From assembly GCA_049696035.1 (NCBI GenBank), contig JBAVTH010000242.1, forward strand, positions 4,472 to 68,471: a DNA stretch of 64,000 nucleotides, given 5' to 3'. Positions 48,801 through 56,274 of the stretch are shown here, piece by piece. The translations under genes and the position numbers were made by a program. Under the pieces are notes generated by a model. It saw nothing but the letters and a program-made list of their open reading frames with translations, had not been told where the DNA came from and did not search any database. This DNA comes from Ilumatobacteraceae bacterium. GTDB lineage: Bacteria; Actinomycetota; Acidimicrobiia; Acidimicrobiales; Ilumatobacteraceae. The number at the start of each line of letters is the position of its first letter. The stretch's first letter is position 1.

Positions 48801-49111
48801 CGGCCGGAGTCCACGAACTGGGCACTACTGGCTCGATGGCACTACCGGCCAAGGTCGGGCGTGTCGACATCGTCAGACCATCGAGCGGTGGCACCGGTTC
48901 GCTCGCTGGCGCTCGTGCCGTGGTGACCAGGGCAGGTGGTGGCGACGATGCAGTCGTCGTCGACGCCAAGGGCAAGGTGGTGCTGCACCTCAGTGGCTAC
49001 ACGACCACCGTGCTCCCCGGGGGCCCCGACGATGCGCTCCTGATGCCATTGAGGGCGGCGATGGTGGCAGCCGAGGCGGATCCCGCTCGCGGCCGGCGCA
49101 GCAGGAAGTGA
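41423..49111 (+). CDS. Iterative-type type I polyketide/secondary-lipid synthase with domain order KS-AT-KS-carrier-KR-DH (2562 aa)
   Basis: ORF 41261..49111 trimmed to the ATG at 41423 (MEPVAIVGVSAILPDAP...), with a GAAAGGA RBS at 41408-41414. See the domain entries. Confidence 0.95.
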   Translation: MEPVAIVGVSAILPDAPDAATFWDNVSRGRYSISEVLPSRWDPALYFDEDHDAPDKTYSKIGGWVRDWEWDPLAWKLPIPPKVSDAIDDGQKWAIACTRAVLADHGKPIDHERTAVILGNAMAGEHHYQTALRIATPEIVRELHSAPSFQQLPAEMRSAITEELGIRMSMNYPEVTEDTMAGELGNVMAGRVANLFDFHGPNFIVDAACASAMAAIDASIEGLIEHEFDTVVTGGIDRNMGASSFVKFCKIGALSATGTRPFDAGADGFVMGEGAALFLLKRLADAERDGDRVYAVLRGIAGASDGKGKGITAPNPVGQRLAVARAWSAAGLSPSACGLMEAHGTSTRVGDVVEVTSLGEVFASAGLAPGAVALGSAKSNIGHLKAAAGAAGILKATLALHHKVLPPSLNFSDPNPNIDWSTSPFRVNTELREWSSPSAGGVRTAGVSAFGFGGTNFHVVLEEHVPGRLRFNAPKMVAVGADLASAPVTAGVAEPASLPGKAPLRGALLLGATNQADLIEQLRGVLAAAESGVAPAAEQPSAAALAAPERLAIDYGDARDLVDKATRALAAFETPAMWTMLRGRGVFRGTGPAAPIAFMYTGQGSQYVNMLSQLRAVEPIVAERFVEADRVMTPLLGKPLSDYIFIDAADPAAVDAAEEDLRNTEITQPAVLATDLALTALLTAYGVEPDMVIGHSLGEYGALVAAGALSFPGALEAVSARGHEMASLTVADNGIMAAVFAPVDEVQRLVDGIDGNVVLANVNSNAQSVIGGATTAVETALAACEERGWLTARLTVSHAFHTSIVAAASEPLRRTLERLELHAPIRPIVSNVTGEFYPMGPGVGETMLDLLAQQVASPVQFVKGLHTLYDAGARVFVEVGPKRALHGFATDVLGEDVTVLFTNHPKQTDVVAFNQALCGLYAAGHGAARDVAAQFAGAPTVAASVTPTSTDSTKVSSAVQTDLGALFDDFLDKARSLMGVGESRTRTNDEPVVITGAALGTPGTQRVFDDENLARLLHGEQLIDVIPGRLRNEILDKHIVRLTKSETRGASFEAIDSVADVIKLAGRAGSFDLAAEFGVEADRLAALGRTTQLAIGAGLDALRDAGIPIVQRYKTTHLGTQLPERWGLPDALRDETGIIFASAFPGLEELADEVRRYEQDRARRLELDELQAVRARVAEADSASVSLVEIDRRIHDVQRELEVHPYLFDRRFLFRVLSMGHSQFAELIGARGPNTQINSACASTTQAISLAEDWIRAGRCRRVIVIAADDATSDDLLGWIGAGFLATGAAATDEDVTEAALPFDKRRHGMIIGMGAAALVVESADAARERGVQPICEVLGAVTANSAFHGTRLDVEHIGGIMEAVVRQGEARGADRAAIASELVFVSHETYTPARGGSAAAEIHALRHVFGVNADRIVIANTKGVTGHPMGVGLEDVVAVKALETGIVPPVANFREVDPELGSLNLSRGGSYPVRCALRLAAGFGSQISMVLLRWTPVADGRHRAPDQLGYAYRITDQARWSGWLRSISGQESPQMEVVQRRLRIVDNGPGAPATPAAATPAAVAPVAPRAVNADTAAAPVSPAPAPAPAVAALAVEADPVVAATPSAPAGDEVAATILRLVAEQTGYPPEMLDLDLDLEADLGVDTVKQAELFAAVREAYGIERDDKLKLRDYPTLAHVIGFVHDRAPQTVQLPAAVDEPGNLDANPVDSGDTPRFPRRVPVPVVRPALELCETTGVELAAGDRVVVYPDTGGAAVALTASLAEMGVEVLLVDAAPDRATLESTLQAWRAAGPISGVFWLPALDQVDLAGLDPASWSEALRVRVKLLATTMRVLYDDMTAGHFLVSAVRLGGSFGYDVPGAQDVLGGATSGFTKALARERADALVKVVDFATATPAAEVAGQLLAEVTHDPGIVEVGRAGGLRWGIGVAERDVAEDPARLLGPDDVIVVTGAAGSIVSAITTDLAMASRGTFHLIDLTPEPLADDPDLERFVHDHDGLKADIAHRITERGERATPALVERELARLERSRAALDAIQAVQRAGGTVHWYQADLTDFAAVHAAVEQIVARSGRVDVLLHCAGLEISRFLPDKTDREYDLVFDVKSNGWFHLLHALGDTPLGAAVVFSSIAGRFGNGGQTDYSAANDLLCKSISAFRSSRPATRGVAIDWTAWASIGMASRGSIPKMMAMAGIDMLPPEVGIPVVRHELTAAGAGGEVVVAGSLGIMLEESPTGGLDAVAATAALAGSESGPMIGEMVACTLRDGLVVRTTLTAGQPFLDDHRIDGTPVLPGVMGMEAFAEAAAALVPGWEVHSLSDVEFLAPFKLYRDDSRVAEIRARLLCGEGGSIVAECALVGRRSLPGQPEQVTTHFVGNVVLAPAGSARPAASAPGATAKKPPASAVAAGSIYEIYFHGPAYQVLDQAWAEDEVVVGATPAALPANHQPDGRPLLAWPRLVELCFQTAGVHELGTTGSMALPAKVGRVDIVRPSSGGTGSLAGARAVVTRAGGGDDAVVVDAKGKVVLHLSGYTTTVLPGGPDDALLMPLRAAMVAAEADPARGRRSRK
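43205..44120 (+). other. PKS domain AT (malonyl-type acyltransferase)
   Basis: GQGSQ, GHSLGE (Ser696, codon 43508-43510) and SHAFHT. Confidence 0.9.
44390..45907 (+). other. PKS domain KS2 (FabF-like ketosynthase with a charged helical insertion)
   Basis: NSACAS (Cys1241, codon 45143-45145), SHETYTP and NTKGVTGHPMG. Insertion at about 44850-45060. Confidence 0.85.
46256..46490 (+). other. PKS carrier-protein-like domain with Thr at the phosphopantetheine-serine position
   Basis: LDLDLEADLGVDTVKQAELF. ACG (Thr1647) at 46361-46363 occupies the position of the canonical DS(L/I) serine. By hand translation the roughly 78-aa domain has no Ser at all. Confidence 0.75.
46520..48110 (+). other. PKS domain KR (structural and catalytic subdomains)
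   Basis: VIVVTGAAGSIV (from 47261), SSIAGRFGNGGQTDYSAAN (Tyr2140, codon 47840-47842). Confidence 0.85.
48170..48990 (+). other. PKS domain DH (polyketide-synthase-type double hotdog)
   Basis: LDDHRIDGTPVLPG (His2280, codon 48260-48262), YFHGPAYQVL and ELCFQTAG. Confidence 0.8.
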
Positions 49112-50300
49112 CCGAGATGGCGACCATCACCCGACTGGCCATCGTCAATCGCGGCGCCGCCGCGATGCGGCTGATCAACGCTGCCCGCGAATACGCCGCC
49201 GAGTTGCAGCGCGACCTGCAGATCGTCGCCGTTCACGTCGATGCCGACGCTCGCTCCCTGTTCGTGCGGGAAGCCGACTTCGCGGTTCGGGTCGACGGCC
49301 CGATCTCCGTCGACAACCTCGATGCGCTGGAGGAGGCACTGAGGCTGGCGGAGGTTGACGGCGCATGGGTCGGTTGGGGTCCACTCGCGCAGCAACCGGC
49401 GTTCGCGGAGATGTGCGTGCGGATGGGCATCACCAACGTCGGCCTCGGCGCGGACACGCTGAGGAGCATCGCCGATCGCTCGCTGCTGCAGGCCGCGGCC
49501 GAGTCTGCCGGCGGTCGCCTCTCGCCGTTGGAGATCGTCGAGCGCGGATACGCCCGCCACATCGAGGTGCTCGTGGCCGGCGACCGCTTCGGCGACGTGT
49601 GGGCCGTCGGCGTCCACGATGGCACCCTGCAGCGGCGCTCGGAGAAGGTGCTGGTCGAGTCGGCAGACGAGCGGTTGATCGGGGTGGCCGGCGATCTGCT
49701 GCGTTCGGTGGCCGTTCGCGTGGCCTCACTGACGGGTGTGGTGGGTGCGGCCACGATCGCATTCGTCCGCGAGGACCTCGCTGCCGATGTGTCGCTCCTC
49801 CGCATCAGCGGCGGTCTTCCCCTTGGTCATGGCGTCACCGAGATCGCCGGTGGCATCGACCTGGCGAAGCTGCAACTGCACATCGCCGAAGGCGGACGCC
49901 TCGTCGGGGCCGCGCCGATCGGTGACGGGCATGCGATCGCGGTGCGTCTCAACGCCGAGGATGCCGAGTTGGGTTTCGCCCCGGCTCCGGGGCGCGTCCT
50001 GCTGCTGCAGGTGCCCACCGGCCCCGGCCTGCGCATCGACCCGGCCGTTTCGGAGGGTGATGTCGTGCGCCCCGGCGACGACCCGACGCTGGCGGAGGTG
50101 GTTGCCTGGGGTCGTGATCGGGACGAGGCGCGGGTGCGGCTGCGTCGTGCGCTCGCCCAGCTGCCGGTCGTCCTGGACGGTGGAACGACGAACAAGGGCT
50201 TCCTGCTGGATCTGCTCGACCGCGCGGAGGTGCGCGCCGGTCAGTACGACACCGGCTGGCTCGACCGGCTGGCTGCCGCGGGTGAGACCGCAGGCCGCGA
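49108..50300 (+). other. Degenerate biotin-carboxylase (ATP-grasp) domain
   Basis: By-eye alignment to E. coli AccC. About 60-65 residues carrying the glycine-rich lid are absent, and the Mg/ATP/bicarbonate residues are substituted (see finding). Confidence 0.65.
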
Positions 50301-53300
50301 GCACGGTGACAAGGCGGTGCTGATGGCCGCGGTCGACGCCTACGACGAGCGGCAGCGGAGCAGTCGCGCCCGTCTGTTCGCCACCGCGAGACGCGGCCGG
50401 CCAGAGGTGTCGAGTGAGCTCGGGCATCGCGTCGAGCTGTGTCACCGAGGCAACGAGTACGGGGTCTTCGTGCGCCGCACGGGCCGCCGGCAGTACCGGG
50501 TGGCCGTCGACGGTGTCGAGATCGGTCTGGTCGTCACCCGCCTCGGCCGTTACCAGAGCCGGCTCGACGTAGGGGGCCGGTCGCACCGCATCGTGTCCGC
50601 CATTCAGGCCGGCGACCACTTGGTGGAGGTGGACGGAGTGCCGCACCGGCTCTCGCGGGGCGACGGCGGCATCGTTCGATCCGGGCTGCCCGGTGTGGTG
50701 GTTGCCGTCCACGTCCAAGTCGGCGACGAGGTCGCGGTGAACGATGCGCTCGCCACCATCGAGAGCATGAAGATGGAGAGCCCGGTGCTCGCCCCGTTCG
50801 CCGGGAGGGTTCGCCAGGTCTGCATCGGCACCAACGTCCAGGTCGACTCGGGTGCGCCGCTGGTGCATCTCGAGCCGATCAGCCACGGCCGGGCCGCGCT
50901 CGGGGAGTCGCGATGCACGTTCAGCGCCCCCGACGACCCTGCCCTTCCGTCGGTGGCGAGCCGCTTCGCGGCGAACCTCGACACGCTGACGCGGCTGATC
51001 ATGGGGTACGACGTGGCCGTCGCGGCGACCAAGCGTGTCGCCGCCGAACAGGTGGACATCGCTCGCGAGTTGGGCGCCGATGCGCCCGAGCGCGTCGTCG
51101 GTGAGCTGCGCCTGCTGGATGTCTTCGCCGACGTGCGCGCTCTGTTCCGCAGTGAACGCGATCCGAGCGGCAACGACCTGGAAGAGGCCGATCTGCTGGT
51201 GACCAGCCCGCAGGAGTACATGCACGCCTTCCTGCGGGCGCCGGGCCCCAACGTGGAAGGGGTGCCGCAGCGCTATCTCGAGGCGCTCGGTCGCGCGCTC
51301 GCCCACTACGGCATTCGCTCCCTCGAGCACACCGAGGCGTTGGAGGAGGCGCTCTTCTGGATCATGCAGTCCCGCGGTCGCATCGACGCCCAGGTGCCCG
51401 TCATCGTGGCGGTGCTGAACCACTGGCTGGACCGCCCGGCCGTCGGTGTCGGCGAACAGTTGCGCGAGACGCTCGACCGTTTGGTGGCAGCGACACAACG
51501 CGACCATCCGGTGATCGCCGATCTCGCGCGGGAGGTGCGCTTCACCGCCATCGACCGGCCCATCGTGGATGCTGTCCGGCGCGACGTGCTGACGGCCGCC
51601 CTTGCGCATCTCGACGATCTGGTGGCAGGCAACGGCGACCGTGCGGGTCATCTGGAGGCGATCGTCGCCTGCGCGGAACCGTTGGAGTTCGCCTTGCTCG
51701 ATCGGGCCCGCTCCGGGACCGTGGCCACTGCCGATGCCGTCGCTGAACTGCTGACTCGCCGGCACCACCGGTGGGGCACCTTCGGTGAGTTCACCCGACT
51801 CGGGCACGCGCCGGTGGCGATGGCCGTTGATCACGTGGCAGACGACGGCGCCACCGTTCGAATCGTTGCCGCCTGCGCACCCTTCTCGTCACTGACGGCG
51901 GCGGTCGCGGCTGTGCTCGATCATGCTCGCGACAGCGCGACGCCCGTGCAGGCCGAGGTCTACACATGGCTGGACGACGGTGATGTGGACGACGACGCGG
52001 TGACGGCTGCCGCCGAGGCTGCACTGGCGCATCACTGGACGGGCGACGCCGACACCTCCGTGCAGTATGCGGTGATCGCGGTGGCGGGGACGTCGGAGGA
52101 CTCGGACCTGGGTGATCGGCGCGTGTTGCACGTGACGTTCCGGCCCACGCTCGAGGGTTTGGTCGAGGATCGGTTCCTCCGCGGATTGCACCCGATGATG
52201 GCCGAGCGGTTGCGCCTGTGGCGCCTCTCGAACTTCAACTTGGAGCGCCTTGCCTCGACCACGGGGGTGCACCTGTTCCGTGGCATCGGTCGAGACAACG
52301 CGAGCGACGAACGTCTCTTCGCAATCGCCGAAGTGCGCGACCTGACGCCGGTGCGCGATGACGGCGGCCGCATCGTCGCGCTCCCGGAGCTGGAGCGCAC
52401 CCTGCTGGCGGCGATGGAGGCCATCCGCCGCGTCCAGGCGCCGCGTCCGTTGGGTCAGCGCCTGTGGTGGAACCGGATCGTGCTGCGGGTGTGGCCGCCG
52501 GTGACGTTCAGCCCCGAGGAGATCGGGCGTCTTGCCGCCGAGCTCGCCGGGGCGGCGACAGGGCTTGGGTTGGAGGAGGTGCACGTGCTGTGCTCCCGTG
52601 TCGATGCCGCCACCGGGGCGAAACGCGACGTCGCGCTGCGGTTCACGAGCACGACGGGCTCGAGCTTCGTGCTGCGCGAGACCGAGCAGCCCACCGAGCC
52701 CCTGGTGCCGCTCGACGAGTACTCGAGGAAGGTCGTGCAGAGCCGCCGCCGAGGGACGATCTATCCCTACGAGCTGATCCGTGGGTTGGTGGCGCCGCAT
52801 GCCGGCGGCCGGTCCGAGATCACCGGTGGCGGCTTCACCGAGTACGACCTGGGCGAGACCGGCGCGCTCGTGCCCGTGCACCGACCACCGGGGCGAAACG
52901 TCGCCAGCATCGTCGTGGGAGTGGTGACCAACACGTCCGACCGATACCCGGAGGGCATGATCAGGGTCGCGTTGCTCGGCGACCCGACACGAGCCCTCGG
53001 CGCCTTGGCAGAGCCCGAGTGCGTGCGGATCATGGCCGCCATCGATCTCGCGGAGCAGATGGGAGTGCCGGTGGAGTGGTATGCGCTGTCGGCCGGCGCC
53101 AAGATCGCGATGGACAGCGGTACCGAGAACATGGACTGGATCGCCGACGTGCTGCGGCGCATCATCGAGTTCACCCAGCAGGGTGGGGAGATCAACGTCG
53201 TGGTCACGGGCATCAACGTCGGTGCCCAGCCGTACTGGAACGCCGAGGCGACGATGCTGATGCACACCAAGGGCATCTTGGTGATGACGCCGTCGAGTGC

Positions 53301-54468
53301 GATGGTGCTCACCGGCAAGCAGGCGCTCGACTTCAGCGGTGGTGTGTCGGCGGAGGACAACCACGGCATCGGCGGCTACGAGCGGGTGATGGGGCCCAAC
53401 GGCCAGGCCCAGTACTGGGCGGCCGACGTACCGGCCGCCTGTGGTGTCTTGCTCGCGCACTACGCCCACAGCTACTCGGCGCCCGGCGAACGCTTCCCGC
53501 GACGGGCGGCGACGTCCGACCCGTTCGACCGAGACGTCCGCTCGGCGCGGCATCACCTGGAGGGCTCCGACCTGGCAACCGTCGGCGACATCTTCAGCGA
53601 GCACAGCAACCCGGAACGCAAGAAGCCCTTCGACATCCGCTCGGTCATGCGGGCCGTGCTCGATGCCGATCACCAGCCGCTCGAACGGTGGGCCGACCTC
53701 GCGGAGAGCGACACAGCGGTGGTGTGGGACGGCCAACTCGGTGGTATCCCCGTCTGTGTCATCGGCATCGAGGCCCACGCACTCGCCCGTCAAGGTCGTC
53801 TGCCTGCTGACGGCCCCGATCAGTGGACATCAGGCACCCTCTTCCCGATGTCGTCGAAGAAGATCGCCCGGGCGGTCAACGCCACGAGCGGCAGCCAGCC
53901 GCTCGTCGTGCTCGCGAACCTGTCCGGTTTCGACGGCTCTCCCGAGTCGATGCGGCGCACCCAGCTCGAGTTCGGTGCCGAGATCGGCCGTGCGGTGGTG
54001 AACTTCCGCGGCCCGATCGTGTTCTGCGTGGTCAGTCGCTTCCATGGCGGAGCGTTCGTGGTCTTCAGTCAGAAGCTGAACCCGATGCTCGAGACGCTGG
54101 CCGTCGAGGGGTCGCACGCCTCGGTGATCGGCGGGTCGCCGGCGGCGGCGGTGGTCTTCGCCGGGGAGGTGGAGAAGCGCACCCGTGCCGATGCCCGCGT
54201 CGTGGAGCTGGAGGCGCGGATCGCATCTGCGGCGCCGGGTGAGCGCGCCACGTTGCGCAGCGAACTGGTGACGACGCTTGCACAGGCGCACTCGGATCAA
54301 CTGGGCGCGGTGGCGGCCGAGTTCGACGCGATCCACAGCGTGGAGCGTGCGCTGGCGGTGGGATCGGTGAGCCGGATCATTCCGGCCGCACAACTGAGGC
54401 CGTTGCTGATCGATGCGGTGGAACGTGGGATGAGCCGTGCGGTCGAACGGTCGAGTGGGGAGATGTGA
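49108..54468 (+). CDS. Single-chain multidomain biotin carboxylase-like protein with eukaryote-style layout (BC-like, BCCP, central region, carboxyltransferase); 1786 aa
   Basis: The GTG at 49108 overlaps the PKS stop (GTGA); the ATG at 49117 is an alternative. BC-like N-terminus (IVNRGAAAMRLI..., ARHIEVLVAGD, QRRSEKV). Biotinyl motif IESMKME (Lys555, codon 50770-50772). CT strings SAGAKIAMDSG, LGGIPVCVIGIE and LANLSGFDGS. Confidence 0.9.
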   Translation: MTEMATITRLAIVNRGAAAMRLINAAREYAAELQRDLQIVAVHVDADARSLFVREADFAVRVDGPISVDNLDALEEALRLAEVDGAWVGWGPLAQQPAFAEMCVRMGITNVGLGADTLRSIADRSLLQAAAESAGGRLSPLEIVERGYARHIEVLVAGDRFGDVWAVGVHDGTLQRRSEKVLVESADERLIGVAGDLLRSVAVRVASLTGVVGAATIAFVREDLAADVSLLRISGGLPLGHGVTEIAGGIDLAKLQLHIAEGGRLVGAAPIGDGHAIAVRLNAEDAELGFAPAPGRVLLLQVPTGPGLRIDPAVSEGDVVRPGDDPTLAEVVAWGRDRDEARVRLRRALAQLPVVLDGGTTNKGFLLDLLDRAEVRAGQYDTGWLDRLAAAGETAGREHGDKAVLMAAVDAYDERQRSSRARLFATARRGRPEVSSELGHRVELCHRGNEYGVFVRRTGRRQYRVAVDGVEIGLVVTRLGRYQSRLDVGGRSHRIVSAIQAGDHLVEVDGVPHRLSRGDGGIVRSGLPGVVVAVHVQVGDEVAVNDALATIESMKMESPVLAPFAGRVRQVCIGTNVQVDSGAPLVHLEPISHGRAALGESRCTFSAPDDPALPSVASRFAANLDTLTRLIMGYDVAVAATKRVAAEQVDIARELGADAPERVVGELRLLDVFADVRALFRSERDPSGNDLEEADLLVTSPQEYMHAFLRAPGPNVEGVPQRYLEALGRALAHYGIRSLEHTEALEEALFWIMQSRGRIDAQVPVIVAVLNHWLDRPAVGVGEQLRETLDRLVAATQRDHPVIADLAREVRFTAIDRPIVDAVRRDVLTAALAHLDDLVAGNGDRAGHLEAIVACAEPLEFALLDRARSGTVATADAVAELLTRRHHRWGTFGEFTRLGHAPVAMAVDHVADDGATVRIVAACAPFSSLTAAVAAVLDHARDSATPVQAEVYTWLDDGDVDDDAVTAAAEAALAHHWTGDADTSVQYAVIAVAGTSEDSDLGDRRVLHVTFRPTLEGLVEDRFLRGLHPMMAERLRLWRLSNFNLERLASTTGVHLFRGIGRDNASDERLFAIAEVRDLTPVRDDGGRIVALPELERTLLAAMEAIRRVQAPRPLGQRLWWNRIVLRVWPPVTFSPEEIGRLAAELAGAATGLGLEEVHVLCSRVDAATGAKRDVALRFTSTTGSSFVLRETEQPTEPLVPLDEYSRKVVQSRRRGTIYPYELIRGLVAPHAGGRSEITGGGFTEYDLGETGALVPVHRPPGRNVASIVVGVVTNTSDRYPEGMIRVALLGDPTRALGALAEPECVRIMAAIDLAEQMGVPVEWYALSAGAKIAMDSGTENMDWIADVLRRIIEFTQQGGEINVVVTGINVGAQPYWNAEATMLMHTKGILVMTPSSAMVLTGKQALDFSGGVSAEDNHGIGGYERVMGPNGQAQYWAADVPAACGVLLAHYAHSYSAPGERFPRRAATSDPFDRDVRSARHHLEGSDLATVGDIFSEHSNPERKKPFDIRSVMRAVLDADHQPLERWADLAESDTAVVWDGQLGGIPVCVIGIEAHALARQGRLPADGPDQWTSGTLFPMSSKKIARAVNATSGSQPLVVLANLSGFDGSPESMRRTQLEFGAEIGRAVVNFRGPIVFCVVSRFHGGAFVVFSQKLNPMLETLAVEGSHASVIGGSPAAAVVFAGEVEKRTRADARVVELEARIASAAPGERATLRSELVTTLAQAHSDQLGAVAAEFDAIHSVERALAVGSVSRIIPAAQLRPLLIDAVERGMSRAVERSSGEM

Positions 54469-55166
54469 CGCACACGGCGGCCGCCGTCGTCCACTGGCTG
54501 CAACGAAGGTTGCACGACCTGCCGGACGGGGATGGGTGGCTCTCGACACGTGAACGCACGGTGCAGGACCGTCTGGTGGTGCCGAAGCGGCGGGCGGATT
54601 GGCGCCTCGGTAGATGGACGGCGAAGGCTCTTGTAGCGGCGGTACTCGATGTGGAGGTGGTGCGAGTCTCGATCATCGCCGCCCCCGACGGCGCCCCGGA
54701 GGCCCTCGTGGACGAGTTGCCTGCACCGATCTCGTTGTCCATCAGCCATCGAGCCGGGGTCGGGTTGGCCGCGGTGGGTGAGCACGTCGTGGTCGGTGGT
54801 GATCTGGAGGTGATCGAGCCCCGGTCGCCGGCATTCGTGCGCGAGTGGTTCGGCGAGCACGAGCAGGCGTTGATCGCCGAGATCCGCGATCCCCGGCGGC
54901 GCGACGAGCTGACGTGTCTGCTGTGGTCGGTGAAGGAGGCCTCGGCGAAGGTGCTGCGGGAGGGTTTGCGACTCGATCCGCGAGGCGCGTCGGTGGTCCT
55001 GGACGACGACCGGGTGCCCGACGAACCGAGTGGTCACTGGCAGCGCTCGACGGTGCGGTGGGCCACGGAGGGCCGTGTCGTCTCCGGGTGGTGGCGCGTC
55101 GACGGGTCGTTCGTACGAGCGATCGCGGGTGATCGGCCCACCGACGTACCTCAGGAGCTGCGGTGA
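54465..55166 (+). CDS. Sfp-type 4'-phosphopantetheinyl transferase
   Basis: 233 aa. The GTG at 54465 overlaps the carboxylase stop (GTGA). Motifs SISHRAG, VGGDLE and WSVKEASAK. Confidence 0.85.
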   Translation: MTHTAAAVVHWLQRRLHDLPDGDGWLSTRERTVQDRLVVPKRRADWRLGRWTAKALVAAVLDVEVVRVSIIAAPDGAPEALVDELPAPISLSISHRAGVGLAAVGEHVVVGGDLEVIEPRSPAFVREWFGEHEQALIAEIRDPRRRDELTCLLWSVKEASAKVLREGLRLDPRGASVVLDDDRVPDEPSGHWQRSTVRWATEGRVVSGWWRVDGSFVRAIAGDRPTDVPQELR

Positions 55167-55188
55167 CCGGCGCAGGTCGTTCGGCGTC

Positions 55189-56199
55189 TCACGTGCTGAG
55201 CAAGTCGTTGAGGCATCGGTACAACGGCCACGCCCCCTCCGTGGTGTTGGAGATGACCGTGTGGGTGACCTGCCGCGCCCGGTCGTGCACCGTTGCACAC
55301 GACACGCCCGCGTCGTAGCCCTGCAGCATCAGCGCACCACTGCTCTGCAGCCAGACCCCGAGGCCGTAGCCGCGGGCCGTGGCGGTCGGCGCCGTGTGCG
55401 GGACGAGCATCTTGGCGACCATGTCCGGTGAGACGATCTGGCCGCCCATGAACGCGGACCACAGCCGATGAAGGTCGTCCACCGTCGAGTACAAGCCGCC
55501 ATCGCCGCTGCCGGTCACGGGGAGGTGCAACACGTTGGTCCGCAGGCCGCCTGTGTGCAGGTATCCGATGGCCGTGTTGCCATCCAGCTCGTCGCTGCGA
55601 GTGAACGCGGTGTCGTGCAGCTTCGCGGGTTCGCACACGCGTTGGCGCACGAGCTGGTGGAACGCCACGCCGCTCGCCCGTTGGGCCAGTAGGGCGAGCA
55701 CGACGAAGCCGCCGTTGCAGTATGCGAAGCCGGCACCCGGTGCGAACTTCGATGGATGACCGACGAGCATGGGCAGGTAGCGCTCGACGTCGTCGAGCAG
55801 GTCGACGTGCACGGTCATCGCGCGATCGAGGACGTCGCCGCCGGCGTCCTCGTCGAGGTAGTCGCCGATGCCGCTGCGATGGGCGAGGAGTTGTTCGACC
55901 GTGACGCCGTCGTCGATCAGGGGCAGATCGTCGCCGAGCAGGGAGCGTGCTGTGGTGTCGAAGGCGAGGACACCATCGTCGATCAGCGATGCGACCGTGA
56001 GCGCGGTGAAGCCTTTGGTGATGCTGGCCACGCCGAATCGGGTGGACATGGTGTTCTGCACGTGGTGGCCTCGGTCGGCGAGACCGAAGGCGCGAGCGAG
56101 TGTGGTGCGCCCGTCGAGGTCGACTCGAACCGCGCCGGAGAAGCCGGTCGCAGTTGCGAGCTCGTCGATGGCCGTTGCGATGTGGTCCACGCTGGGCAC
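55189..56199 (-). CDS. Beta-lactamase-family serine hydrolase (esterase/DD-peptidase fold)
   Basis: ORF 55189..56391. SxxK motif in FGVASITKGF. The start is uncertain: GTG at 56199 chosen, with 56190 and 56259 as alternatives. Confidence 0.75.
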   Translation of the reverse strand: MPSVDHIATAIDELATATGFSGAVRVDLDGRTTLARAFGLADRGHHVQNTMSTRFGVASITKGFTALTVASLIDDGVLAFDTTARSLLGDDLPLIDDGVTVEQLLAHRSGIGDYLDEDAGGDVLDRAMTVHVDLLDDVERYLPMLVGHPSKFAPGAGFAYCNGGFVVLALLAQRASGVAFHQLVRQRVCEPAKLHDTAFTRSDELDGNTAIGYLHTGGLRTNVLHLPVTGSGDGGLYSTVDDLHRLWSAFMGGQIVSPDMVAKMLVPHTAPTATARGYGLGVWLQSSGALMLQGYDAGVSCATVHDRARQVTHTVISNTTEGAWPLYRCLNDLLST

Positions 56200-56274
56200 G
56201 CTACCGCTGGCCGGGTTGGCGACCGGCAGCTCGCTGCACCAGCAACAATGGGCGGACACTGGAGGAGGTGGCCG

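Noticed and set aside
41423-49111. Considered calling the PKS an enediyne PksE or a PfaA-type PUFA synthase subunit
   Set aside because: PksE lacks a second KS, carries a fused C-terminal PPTase, and comes with a conserved enediyne cassette that is absent here. PUFA synthases have tandem ACPs, a PfaD enoyl reductase and FabA-type DH domains, none of which are present.
49108-54468. Considered equating the carboxylase with the roughly 1100-aa bacterial single-chain long-chain acyl-CoA carboxylase type
   Set aside because: The length (1786 aa), the BCCP context (…DGVPHRLSRGDGGIVRSGLPG…ESMKME) and a large central region before the CT resemble the eukaryotic ACC layout instead. No database comparison was possible, so neither assignment is claimed.
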